The position numbers and the translations under genes are program-made. A DNA stretch of 63,257 nucleotides, filler included, from Octopus bimaculoides (Eukaryota), in assembly GCF_001194135.2 (NCBI RefSeq). It is 7 parts of 7 records of this genome, joined end to end, with 100 filler letters (N's around TTAATTAATTAA, not from the genome) between each part and the next. Parts side by side here need not be neighbours in the genome. Positions count along the whole stretch, not along the records: positions 61,869 to 63,257 come from NC_068986.1; 6 more parts are not named here. One strand, given 5' to 3'. Positions 62,831-63,257 of the stretch are shown in pieces. The notes below the pieces were generated by a model, which was given only the letters and a program-made list of their open reading frames with translations, searched no databases and was not told the DNA's origin. Numbering within the stretch: position 1 is the stretch's first letter; the number at the start of each line of letters is the position of its first letter.

Positions 62831-63257
62831 TTTTTAATTTCAGATATTACAGATACAGGATACAGATATTGGTTTCAAATTTTGGTACAAGACCAGAAAT
62901 TTCGGGAGAAGAAGTAAGTCGATTATGTCGGCCCCAGTGCTTAACTGGAACTTATTTTATCGACCCCGAAAGGGATAAAAAGCAAAGATGACCTCAGTAG
63001 AATTTGAATTCAGAACGGAAAAACAGACGCCTTACAGAATACAGATATTAATGTAAGATCTTTCTATATTAAATACAAAAGAAATCATGTGGAATTATTA
63101 TTATTATTATATTATTATTATTATTATTATTTTATGTTTGACTTTTGCTTTGAATTTGTACAAGTTGGATCCAAGTCTCACCCAGAGAACTCAAGAGACA
63201 ACACGTTAGAAGTTCATGTAGGTGTTATGCCTAGGGTACCATATATTTGAATTTGTA

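Noticed and set aside
1-63257. CRISPR arrays, bona fide tRNA or rRNA genes, prokaryotic operons
   Set aside because: No regularly spaced repeat-spacer arrays. The tRNA-like sequences are SINE or element heads lacking complete cloverleafs.

Overview
AT-rich, repeat-dense eukaryotic genomic DNA. The SINE families, microsatellite load and TTAGGG-type repeats point to an octopus (coleoid cephalopod) draft assembly; the species is an inference. It has many N-gaps, six of which are artificial 100-bp N44-TTAATTAATTAA-N44 linkers. Almost every ORF in the supplied track is a microsatellite or N-run artefact. The real host coding sequence I can support is small: one 45-bp internal exon of GDP-mannose 4,6-dehydratase (GMDS; + strand, 30748-30792) and three spliced exons of an uncharacterised glycine/cysteine-rich protein (- strand, 61689-56282). 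The rest is a layered mobile-element landscape: at least four SINE families, L1/Tx1, RTE, Hero/R2-type and Penelope-like retroelement remnants, a Helitron 3' end, a decayed Tc1/mariner transposase, a piggyBac 3' end, and several MITE families. The most unusual signals are three minimal hammerhead-ribozyme folds with covarying stems, a palindromic double-tRNA-head element with a 10-bp target-site duplication, a mariner fold-back family built from two transposase 3' ends, and telomere-type repeats embedded in mobile elements in several different ways. No prokaryotic systems (CRISPR arrays, operons) are present.
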